From an uncultured delta proteobacterium (GTDB lineage Bacteria; Myxococcota_A; Polyangia; Fen-1088), in assembly GCA_963796685.1 (NCBI GenBank), contig CAWCMR010000013.1:608001-672000 (forward strand): a stretch of DNA of 64,000 nucleotides, written 5' to 3'. The notes beneath the pieces were generated by a model. It worked only from the letters and a program-made list of their open reading frames with translations. It ran no database searches and was not told the DNA's origin. Made by a program: the position numbers and the translations under genes. Shown here in pieces: positions 51,683 through 60,037 of the stretch. Numbering within the stretch: the first letter of the stretch is position 1; each line of letters opens with the position of its first letter.

Positions 51683-53035
51683 ATGAATCGCAAGACCCTG
51701 ATTGCCGGCCTTGTCTTCGCTGGCCTCATCCTGGCCACCGTGCTCTTGTTGCGCTCGCCCGAGAAAGGAAACCGGCCCGCCGGAGGCTCGCCGCGGCCTA
51801 TCGCCAAGCTCGTCGACGGCAGTTTCGACACCCTGGAGATCACCAAGGGCAAGGACACCACCGTCATCAAGAAAGAGGGCGACGCGTACAAAATCGTGAA
51901 GCCCATAGCCTTCCCTGCCGAAAAGGACGCGGCCAAGCTGGCCTTCGAGTCGCTCGCCAAGATGGAGTTCGGCAACATCGTCTCGGACCAGAAGAGCCGC
52001 CAAGGCGAGTTCGAGCTGGGCGCCGACAGTCTGCGTGTCACGGTCAAGAAGGGCGACACCGTCCTGGCCGACCTGCGCATCGGCAAGACCACGAATCAAA
52101 TGACCATGGTCCGCCTCGAAGGCAAGGATGAGGTGTGGTCGGTCTCCGGCATCTTCAAGTACCAGTTCGACAAAGACACGACCGCCTGGCGCGACAAGAC
52201 CATCACCAGCTTCGACGAGAAAGACGCCGAGAAGCTGCAGGTCACCACCAAGGACGGGGCGAAGATCGTGCTCTCCAAGCCCGCTCCGCGCGACGCCGGA
52301 CCGGCTCCGGAATGGCAGGTGGTGGAATCCTCGGTGAAAGTCGAGCCCTTCGACAAGACCGTGGCCAGCGGTGTGGTGTCCCAGCTCGCCAACTGGAAAG
52401 CCAACGACTTTGCCGACGGCGCCAAGCTCGAGGAGACGGGCCTCGATGCACCCGAGCTCACCATCACGGTGGGTCTCAAGAACGGCAAGCAAGTGACCGC
52501 CCTCGTGGGCAAGAAGAAGGGCGCCGACGAATGGTACGTCAAGTCGGCCGATAATCCTCAGGTCTTCCTGGTCAAGAAGTACAACCTGGACCGCCTGGAC
52601 AAGCGGCCCATCGAGTTCCGCGACAAGACCATGTGCAACCTCAAGAGCGACGAGCTGACCGAGGTGGCGGTGAGCCACGACAAGGACTCCTTCACCCTGG
52701 TCAAGCAAGGCGGCTCCTGGAAAGCGACCAAGCCGGCCAACTTCACCGCGGACGACTCCAAGGTTTCGACCATCACCGGTGCTTTCGCCGATTGGAAGGG
52801 CCAGGGCTTCGCCGAGGACAACTCGCCCAAGGCCACCGGGCTGAGCAAGCCGTCGGCGATCATCGCCACGAAATCGAATGTCAAAGGGCACGCCTGCGTG
52901 CTCAAGGTCGGCAGCGAGACCAGTGAAAAGGGCGCCTTCTACGTCCAGGCCAACGGCCAGCCGGACATCTTCACGGTGCCCAAGTGGTCGCTGGACCGCA
53001 TCCTGGTGAAGCTCGACGATCTGAAGAAGAAATAG
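51683..53035 (+). CDS. DUF4340-like periplasmic protein
   Basis: N-terminal anchor; repeated WRDKT / FRDKT and TGL..P units; last gene of Gld-like operon. Confidence 0.75.
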   Translation: MNRKTLIAGLVFAGLILATVLLLRSPEKGNRPAGGSPRPIAKLVDGSFDTLEITKGKDTTVIKKEGDAYKIVKPIAFPAEKDAAKLAFESLAKMEFGNIVSDQKSRQGEFELGADSLRVTVKKGDTVLADLRIGKTTNQMTMVRLEGKDEVWSVSGIFKYQFDKDTTAWRDKTITSFDEKDAEKLQVTTKDGAKIVLSKPAPRDAGPAPEWQVVESSVKVEPFDKTVASGVVSQLANWKANDFADGAKLEETGLDAPELTITVGLKNGKQVTALVGKKKGADEWYVKSADNPQVFLVKKYNLDRLDKRPIEFRDKTMCNLKSDELTEVAVSHDKDSFTLVKQGGSWKATKPANFTADDSKVSTITGAFADWKGQGFAEDNSPKATGLSKPSAIIATKSNVKGHACVLKVGSETSEKGAFYVQANGQPDIFTVPKWSLDRILVKLDDLKKK

Positions 53036-53038
53036 GTT

Positions 53039-55672
53039 CTACTGCAGGAGTACGGCTTCGCTCGCAACCATGATGTCGCGCTCGGGCGTGTGCAGACCGG
53101 CGTCGCGACGGATGGAGAAGGCGCGATCGCGAAGCTTTTCGGCGGCCTCCTGGCGACCGATCTTCTCCTCGAAGTCGGCGTAGGCGAGGAAGGTTCGTCC
53201 GAGCTCCAGCTCCGCGCCTGACGAGCCCAGCAATTCGATGGCGCGGTCGAAGACCTCGCGTGGACCCCCGCGATCGCAATCGCCAGGCGCCCCGGCGGAC
53301 AACGCCGCCCCAAGCACGCGTAGCGCGGTCCCGACCAGGGGAGCGGCGCCCATCTTCTCTGCCTCGCCCACGGCCGAGGTTGCGTGATCCCGCGCGGCCA
53401 GGTTGTCTCCCAGCGCCAGGTGAATCTCGGCCAGGCCGCGGTCGGATTCGGCAACCAGACGGCGCGCGCCGAATTTTTGCGCGATCTCCTTGGCCGCCCG
53501 CATCTCCTTCTCGGCCGCCGCCAGCTCGCCCTGGGCCAGCAAGCAGTCTCCGATCTGCAGGGCAAGATGGCACTCGGTCAAGCGGTCGCCCATGGTGCTT
53601 GAAATTCCCCTCGCCTGCGCCAGCAGCTTTTGCGCCAACTTGGGGTGGCCGGCCTCGCGGGTCAAGGCGCCGAGGTCGAGCAAGGTGAAGACGATCCCGT
53701 GCGGATCGCGCGTGGCCTGGCTGATAGCCAAGGCGCTCTCGAAGCTCTGCTGCGCCAGTCCCAGATGCCCAAGCTGCGCCTCGACCAACCCGATCCACGC
53801 CAGGGTCAGGGCCTTGCCCCGCTCGTCCTTGAGCGCGACCCGAATGGCCAGCGCGGCCTTGTGGCAGCGCAAAGCCTCGTCGGGTTTACCGACCAGGTGG
53901 TAGACCCTGCCGATATCGTCGAGGCTGGCCGCCACGCCGGGCCGATCGCCCCCCAAGTCGAAGAGCAGGTGCGCCATGTCGAGGTGCTGAACCGCCATGC
54001 GGTAGTCGCCGAGCGCCCGGTAGACGCGGCCGATGCGGGCATGGGCCGCTCCGCCCTTGCCGGGCATGTCCAGGCGCCACGCGGCCGTCAACATGTCGCC
54101 GAAATGGGCGAGCGCCTCGTGGCTGTGCCCGAGGCGCGCCGTGATATCGCCGAGCTTGTGCAGGGCTTCGATCGCTAGCAACGCGTCGTCACTGTCGAGC
54201 AAGGCAAGACCGCGGGCATAGAGCGATCGTGCACGCTCGTAGTCGCGGCTCCGGCAAGCCTCGTCTGCTGCAGCGAGAAAGCAGAGGCTGGCCCTGCGCG
54301 CTGCCCCACCCTCCTGGTAGAGGACAGCGATGTTCTCGAGCTGGTCGCAAGACATGGATCTGCCAGCCCGAGCTTCGATCCACTGCGCTGCAAAGCGCTT
54401 GCGCCGCCGCGTGACCTCGGGATCGACGGTGGCCTCGACCAGCATGCGTTCGTCCGCGTTCACAAAGCACCAAGCCGTCTCGTCGCCCATGTAGCTGGAT
54501 TCCGCCTTTTTGAGATAGCCGCGCTCGGCGAGCGCGCCCACCATGCGCTTGATCTCCTCGATGGACGGATCCGGCGCGAAGACCAGGGTCGGATCCCACG
54601 GCTCGGCCCCGAGCCTCCCGAGGGCGATCAGCCCGCCGGTCCAGAAGATGGTCCCCATGGCCGCCGCCCGCGCAAGCAGCTCGCGCTCGCTGGAGCTGAG
54701 CTTGGAGACGCGCGCGCAGGCCTCGACCTCGGTAGAGAGCAGCGGGCTCTCTCGTTCGGCCCGATCCCCATCGAAGAGCCATGCGTCCTGGGTATTGCAG
54801 GCCAGGATGCCGTGCTCGTGATAAGCGCAGAGCAATTCGCTCAGGAGGGACGGGTTGCCGCCCGACTCGACAGCGGCGCGCTCGGCCAAACCAGGCGCGA
54901 GCTCTTCGGCCCCGAGCGCGCTCTTGATGAACACGTCCATCTCCAGCGGAGCAAGACCACCGAGATCCATGCGTGCATGGCTGCCCTCCACCCGACTCCA
55001 GTTCGGGCGACGAACCAGCAATTCCGGCCGCGCCGCCACGACGACGACCAGGGTGGTTTCTCCGAGATCGGCCCGCAAGCGCGTCAGCAGCTCCAGCGAT
55101 GCATCGTCCGCGAGGTGTCCGTCGTCGATGGCGTAGAGCATGGGATGCTGGCGAGCATCCTCTTCGAGGAATCGACACAGCACCGCGCGCGACAGGTCCG
55201 CCTGTTGCTCCGGCCGCATGGCCAGGGACTGCACGAGCGGGCTGCCCACGGGGGACAGGCCAAGGAATGCCCCAAGCAACCCCGCGATTTCGGACACCCG
55301 TCGATCCCCGAACACGGCCTGCAGCTCCTCGCGAAATAGGGACTGGATGGACTCCTTGTCCATGTCATCGGTGATACCGATGCGGGCGCGCAAGAGGTGG
55401 CCGATGACCCCGCCGGGAGCCGAGCACGCGTTGCCCCCCATGGCGGACACGAAGACGCAGCGAAAGTCCTTGCGTTCGCAAACGTCCTTGAGCCACTCGG
55501 CAAGCAAGCGGGACTTGCCGATCCCCGAGCTGCCGATGATAGTCACGAACTGAGGAGCTTCGAACCGCAGCGTGCGGTCGAGCGCGGCATTCAAATCACG
55601 CCGTTCCGATTCTCGCCCGATCAGCCTGTCGACCCGAAAGCTCCGTTTCTCACCCAATCGCTCCAGCGTCAT
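53039..55672 (-). CDS. AAA ATPase plus TPR-repeat protein (STAND-like signalling NTPase)
   Basis: SD AAGGAGGT; LIGRESE, GSSGIGKSRL, IDDGHLAD, SGGNP, C-terminal TPR array. Confidence 0.85.
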   Translation of the reverse strand: MTLERLGEKRSFRVDRLIGRESERRDLNAALDRTLRFEAPQFVTIIGSSGIGKSRLLAEWLKDVCERKDFRCVFVSAMGGNACSAPGGVIGHLLRARIGITDDMDKESIQSLFREELQAVFGDRRVSEIAGLLGAFLGLSPVGSPLVQSLAMRPEQQADLSRAVLCRFLEEDARQHPMLYAIDDGHLADDASLELLTRLRADLGETTLVVVVAARPELLVRRPNWSRVEGSHARMDLGGLAPLEMDVFIKSALGAEELAPGLAERAAVESGGNPSLLSELLCAYHEHGILACNTQDAWLFDGDRAERESPLLSTEVEACARVSKLSSSERELLARAAAMGTIFWTGGLIALGRLGAEPWDPTLVFAPDPSIEEIKRMVGALAERGYLKKAESSYMGDETAWCFVNADERMLVEATVDPEVTRRRKRFAAQWIEARAGRSMSCDQLENIAVLYQEGGAARRASLCFLAAADEACRSRDYERARSLYARGLALLDSDDALLAIEALHKLGDITARLGHSHEALAHFGDMLTAAWRLDMPGKGGAAHARIGRVYRALGDYRMAVQHLDMAHLLFDLGGDRPGVAASLDDIGRVYHLVGKPDEALRCHKAALAIRVALKDERGKALTLAWIGLVEAQLGHLGLAQQSFESALAISQATRDPHGIVFTLLDLGALTREAGHPKLAQKLLAQARGISSTMGDRLTECHLALQIGDCLLAQGELAAAEKEMRAAKEIAQKFGARRLVAESDRGLAEIHLALGDNLAARDHATSAVGEAEKMGAAPLVGTALRVLGAALSAGAPGDCDRGGPREVFDRAIELLGSSGAELELGRTFLAYADFEEKIGRQEAAEKLRDRAFSIRRDAGLHTPERDIMVASEAVLLQ

Positions 55673-55777
55673 ACCTCCTTGATAAGGTGGTTTTCGCCGG
55701 AGAGCCAAAAACTCGATCAGTATCTGACTCAATGCGCCTCAGCGCCGCAGGGTGCGCCGCAATGCGTTGCTAACGGA

Positions 55778-55966
55778 CTACATGCCGATGATGACGACCC
55801 CACGCTCGGGGGCGCGGTCACCGTGCCGGTCGTCCTGAGTATCGCCGAGGTCGCCGTCTTCCTGCCAATCGCGCTCGGGCAAAGGAAGCTCGAGCTGCGG
55901 ACGCTCGCCCCGCCGCCGCTCTTCTTCGCGACGCCGGATTTCATCGATGATCCATGGCTCCAACAT
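55778..55966 (-). CDS. Small hypothetical protein
   Basis: MLEPWIIDEIRRREEERR..RPQLELPLP...RGVVIIGM, a compact protein-like 62-aa ORF. Confidence 0.6.
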   Translation of the reverse strand: MLEPWIIDEIRRREEERRRGERPQLELPLPERDWQEDGDLGDTQDDRHGDRAPERGVVIIGM

Positions 55967-56282
55967 GGGAAGACCTCGGCCTACACTTATGGCTTGCAAC
56001 ATCGCGGCCCCGCAGTCAAGACGCGCTCGCAAGTTAGGATCGAACTTTGCTTCTTTCCATGTTTGGGCGCACTTCCCGGCCGCTTTGCTCATCGATTGTT
56101 CGCCGGCAGGCCCGAAGAATTCGCGACAGAAGTGTCGTGGTGTCACCACAAAGCCCCGCAAAGTTTTCCGAGGGGTCCTCGTCGCAGATGATTGTCTCTT
56201 GGCCACCATGACCGTCTGACCTTTGGATGCCCGAGCCCCGCATGCGTTGCCAAGAGCCTCCACTCGATCAATCGGCCCTTTT

Positions 56283-57746
56283 CTATTCCGGGTTTAGGGT
56301 GGATGGCGAATTTGTGGCACTGTTTTTCTGAATAGGCATTGGCGTGCTGTCGATGCGGAGCGAATAGGGTTCGTTGGGATTGCCGTCCCCCTTGTCTTGG
56401 GAAAGACGCACGAGCAGCGGCTCGCCCAGGCTCGCAATGTTGGCCAGCACCACGGTCTGCCGGGATTTCTTGGCCGCGGCCTCTGCGAGCACCTGGCCAT
56501 CGCTTGCCCGCAAGATCTCCACCTTGCCACGCACCCGTGCCGGATAAGAGACCGTGATGCTGACCTCGCGCTGGCCATTGCCCGTGTAGCGGAAATAGTC
56601 GACGTCGCCCACCGGCAGGAAGCCGGTGATGGTGCCATCGTGAACGGCGGTCGCCCGGGTCGGACTGTCGTTGGGCTCGATCTCCTGGTCTTGCTTGAGC
56701 ATGCCCATGGTGAGGTGCAGGATGTAGCGCTGGGCGAGATTGTGGCCAGACTCGGCCTGAACGACCACGTAGAGAAACCGGGCCGCCGCCCCCGCATCGG
56801 CTGCGGCGGCCGGTACCGTGACATTGTGCAGCGCCAAGCGTTCGCCCCGTCGTCCCTTAGCGGATGCGATTCTCGCACCGCCACCGTCCAGAACCTGGAG
56901 GCCGGCAGTCACCCCCCCCACGGCGTCGAGCTCGATGTCCAAGGCCGACGCGACCTCAGGTGCAGGAATTCGATAGAAATCCTGATCGTGCCGCCAGCCA
57001 AAGAACCCCGCATAATCCGCCGCCCCTGTCATGTCCACGGGCTGCGCCGAGTCCAGGGCGTCGTCGGGTTCGCGCTCCTCCGCGACCTCGAAGTTTCCAA
57101 GCTGAATGGTCAGCTTGTAACTGCTGCCGGTCGGCGTGGAATCCGCCCCTTTGCCGGTCTTGGCAAGGGCCTTCACACGAAAGTAGTAGGTGCGACCCGG
57201 CAGCGCGGCCATGTTGGGCATGCCGGCCACCTCCCCTGAATCGGCGGAGATCGTTTCCAAGGACTTGAGGTCGTCGTCGAGAAGTTGCAGCACGACGCCC
57301 GGGCCAGCGCTCGCCGCGATTTCACATGAAAGCTTGCGCGCCACGAGGCGTGCGTCGTCCGACTGGGCAGAGTCCGGCGCCGTGGGCGCCAGCGGGTCGG
57401 TGCGGTGCTGTGGCACCAGCAGCTTGAAGATGTCGACGTCCTTGCCCTTGCCTTGGCCCGGCGCCGAAAGTGTCCCCTCGACGGTAAGCACGGGCCAATC
57501 CGGATTGAGGGCCAGCAATTGCGCCTGCTCGGGGCTATCGTTGGGCTCCTGCTCCAGCACCCGCGGCGGCCCGGCGGCATCGTTGCGCGGGACGACGACC
57601 ACGACCGCGGCAGCGTCCCCGCGCGAAGCAAAATGCCGGTGTCGGCACGAACCCGTGCAGAGCACCATGGCCGATAGCAGCAACGGCTGACCCCACCCCG
57701 TGCCAAACCGCATCTGTCGTCCCATCGGATCCGGAACACTCTTCAT
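56283..57746 (-). CDS. Lipoprotein with repeated PPC-like (ExEPND...D.D.F/Y) domains
   Basis: Lipobox-like TGSC; EQEPND, EREPDD, EIEPND each followed by D.D.F/Y. Confidence 0.75.
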   Translation of the reverse strand: MKSVPDPMGRQMRFGTGWGQPLLLSAMVLCTGSCRHRHFASRGDAAAVVVVVPRNDAAGPPRVLEQEPNDSPEQAQLLALNPDWPVLTVEGTLSAPGQGKGKDVDIFKLLVPQHRTDPLAPTAPDSAQSDDARLVARKLSCEIAASAGPGVVLQLLDDDLKSLETISADSGEVAGMPNMAALPGRTYYFRVKALAKTGKGADSTPTGSSYKLTIQLGNFEVAEEREPDDALDSAQPVDMTGAADYAGFFGWRHDQDFYRIPAPEVASALDIELDAVGGVTAGLQVLDGGGARIASAKGRRGERLALHNVTVPAAAADAGAAARFLYVVVQAESGHNLAQRYILHLTMGMLKQDQEIEPNDSPTRATAVHDGTITGFLPVGDVDYFRYTGNGQREVSITVSYPARVRGKVEILRASDGQVLAEAAAKKSRQTVVLANIASLGEPLLVRLSQDKGDGNPNEPYSLRIDSTPMPIQKNSATNSPSTLNPE

Positions 57747-57765
57747 GGCGCCTGGCGCTCCCTCC

Positions 57766-58212
57766 CTAGTCAACGGAGATGTCTTTGATGACAGCCACGA
57801 ACTCGGCCTCGGCCACGACGGCATCTCCTACCCTCGCCTCGCCTCGCATCTTCCACACCGAGCCGCCCTTGCGAAGTGGAATCACCTCCAAGAGCAGGGT
57901 GTCGCCGGGAAACACGGGCTTGCGGAATTTGACCTTGTCGATGGCCATGAAATAGAGGGCCTGCCGGGCGGGATCGAACCCCACCTGCGGCGCCGCCAGG
58001 AGCGCCCCTGCCTGCGCCATCGCCTCGACAATGAGCACGCCCGGCATCACCGGATGGCCGGGGAAGTGCCCCTGGAAGAAGGGCTCGTTGACGCTGACCA
58101 TCTTGCGCGCGACGATTCGGTCCGGGCCGACCTCGTCCACGCGATCTACGAGAAGGAATGGATAGCGATGGGGGAGCGCAGCCTGGATGGCGATGATGTC
58201 CATGGTGGCCAT
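57766..58212 (-). CDS. fabZ: 3-hydroxyacyl-ACP dehydratase
   Basis: [45 protein letters not shown]. Confidence 0.97.
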   Translation of the reverse strand: MATMDIIAIQAALPHRYPFLLVDRVDEVGPDRIVARKMVSVNEPFFQGHFPGHPVMPGVLIVEAMAQAGALLAAPQVGFDPARQALYFMAIDKVKFRKPVFPGDTLLLEVIPLRKGGSVWKMRGEARVGDAVVAEAEFVAVIKDISVD

Positions 58213-58230
58213 GGCGATCCCCGGCCCACG

Positions 58231-58803
58231 CTATTTCTTCTTGGAATCGGCCGTCTTCTTGGCCGGCGCGCTGCCGGTCCCCTTCTCTTCCCCGGCGTTG
58301 AACCGGCGGATGACCTCGTTGGTCAGGTCGAGGTGCGGTTTGGCGTAGACCACACCGGCGCTCTTGTCGAGCACCATGGTGAAGTTTTCGGCCGTCGCGA
58401 TCTTGCCAATGATCCGCTGCAGGCGCTCGACGATGGGCTGGGTGGCCTCCTCTTCCTTCGCCGCCAGATCCTGCTGGTGCCGCATGTACGTCTGCTGAAC
58501 CTTGCCGACCCGCTCCTGCAGCTCCGCCTCTTTCTGGCGAACCGTTTCGGCAGGTAGCAAGGTGCGTTTCTTGTTCAGATCCTCGATGGCCTTCTTGACC
58601 TCTTCTTGCTGTTCGTCGAGCTCCTTCTGCTTCTTGTCGAAATCCTTCTTGAGGCTCGCGCGGGCCTTGCGGCCATCCTCGGTTTCATAGAGCGCTCGCC
58701 GCAAGTCCACGTAGCCGAGCTTGACTTCCTCGGCGTGCAAGGGCCGAACGAACAGGGAAAGAAGAACAGTGCCGATCAGTGCGGTGCGAATCATGAAGGT
58801 CAT
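58231..58803 (-). CDS. skp: Periplasmic chaperone Skp/OmpH
   Basis: Signal peptide, KLGYVD, long coiled coil, MVLDK...VVYA....DLTNEVI. Confidence 0.9.
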   Translation of the reverse strand: MTFMIRTALIGTVLLSLFVRPLHAEEVKLGYVDLRRALYETEDGRKARASLKKDFDKKQKELDEQQEEVKKAIEDLNKKRTLLPAETVRQKEAELQERVGKVQQTYMRHQQDLAAKEEEATQPIVERLQRIIGKIATAENFTMVLDKSAGVVYAKPHLDLTNEVIRRFNAGEEKGTGSAPAKKTADSKKK

Positions 58804-58956
58804 CTCCGATTGAAACCAAAAGACCGCACATCGATACCACAAAAGTCCCGGCAAATCTCGCGCGGAGAACGACCATCCCCCCGCGATAGCCCCGGAAGGC
58901 GTGATCGTAGCCGTGGCCGGCCGTGATTACCGCCCGGATCTACGCTACGAGAGCCC

Positions 58957-59721
58957 CTAGTCGCAGCCGATGAGCTCCACGTCATCGACCCAGATATCGA
59001 AGTCGGCCCCGGGCTGGCGCGCCTGCCATTGCAAGCCGTAGAGCTTGTTCGGCTTGATGGCGTGCGGCCGGGGCGAGCCCCAATCAGGCAGTTGCTTCAG
59101 CTTTCGCCACGGAAACACGAAATGTTGCCACCCTTCGGCAAGCTCGATGTCCGCGCCGAAATCGTTGAAGCACTCCCTGCAGATCCCTCCGGCCGGGTCG
59201 GTGCCGACGTCGGGGACGTTGAACCTGACTTTGCCTTCGCTGTCTGGTCCCCTTTTGGCCCAGAACGCGATCCCCTTGTACCGAGAGGCGTCGTAGAGAT
59301 CCTTGGGATCGGTGAAGTTCATGCCCAAGGCACCAAACACGGTCTGTCCCTCGGCGACACGGCCGCGCGCGTGCGCCGCGTATTTCGACCCATTCGCGCC
59401 CCCAGGGCTCATGGCGAAATTGCCACCCACCGCTCCCGCTTCGGGCACGATGGTCGTGCCGCGCCCCTCGGTGAACGTGTACCAGTACCCGCCGCGACCC
59501 GCCACGACCTTGGTTTGGCTGTTGCCGTCCTCGCAGTCGTCGACGAGGCCCTGGGCGCCACATGAGGCAAGGTTGTCCCCCTGGTTCCCGATGGCCTGAG
59601 TCTGGCCCAGAGGGATGCAGGCAGGTAGCAGGCCGAAAAGCAGAAACCGGATCGCGACGAGGGGCGGCGTACCCCACCCCCAGCGGACGGATCTCGCGAT
59701 GTGTTTCGACCCCATGGCCAT
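58957..59721 (-). CDS. CBM11/CIA30-like carbohydrate-binding lipoprotein
   Basis: Lipobox LPAC; DDCEDG, GYWYTF, YDASRYKGIAFWAK, FDIWVDDV. Confidence 0.7.
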   Translation of the reverse strand: MAMGSKHIARSVRWGWGTPPLVAIRFLLFGLLPACIPLGQTQAIGNQGDNLASCGAQGLVDDCEDGNSQTKVVAGRGGYWYTFTEGRGTTIVPEAGAVGGNFAMSPGGANGSKYAAHARGRVAEGQTVFGALGMNFTDPKDLYDASRYKGIAFWAKRGPDSEGKVRFNVPDVGTDPAGGICRECFNDFGADIELAEGWQHFVFPWRKLKQLPDWGSPRPHAIKPNKLYGLQWQARQPGADFDIWVDDVELIGCD

Positions 59722-59794
59722 TCAACACGTAGCACCGTGCGGGTGTGAATGTCCACCTCGTGCGCTCGGCCTAATCCCACGATAGCCGCAAAAG

Positions 59795-59878
59795 GTCGTG
59801 GCCGTGGCCGTGGCCGTGGCCGGAGTGATCTTCGTCGGCCACGGCCACGGCCACGGGGACGACTACGACTACGACCAC
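59795..59878. repeat. Hexamer-repeat hairpin (GTGGCC)n / (GGCCAC)n(GACTAC)n
   Basis: GTCGTGGCCGTGGCCGTGGCCGTGGCCG ... CGGCCACGGCCACGGCCACG...GACTACGACTACGACCAC. Confidence 0.8.
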
Positions 59879-60037
59879 CACTCGCCGTTCCGATTGGGTG
59901 CGAGCATCCATCGTGGAAAGGTGTCTCTTTCTGCCGCCTTCCGCGAGAGCACTGCGCTTGTCGCGGGATTAGGGGCTCAGCGCGCTTCCCGGTTGCATTC
60001 CAGGGCTGGAAGCGCAACTCTTCACGGCAACTTCAAG

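Noticed and set aside
55967-56282. Possible ncRNA or c-di-GMP riboswitch in a 315-bp intergenic region
   Set aside because: Only short hairpins and a GCAAAG word; no full consensus could be matched by eye (an Rfam scan would settle it).
59798-60037. PurL N-terminal extension VAVAVA...GHGHGH...DYDYDH, or a purine riboswitch
   Set aside because: The extension is the translated hexamer hairpin and the conserved PurL start is at 60038/60044; no recognisable riboswitch consensus.
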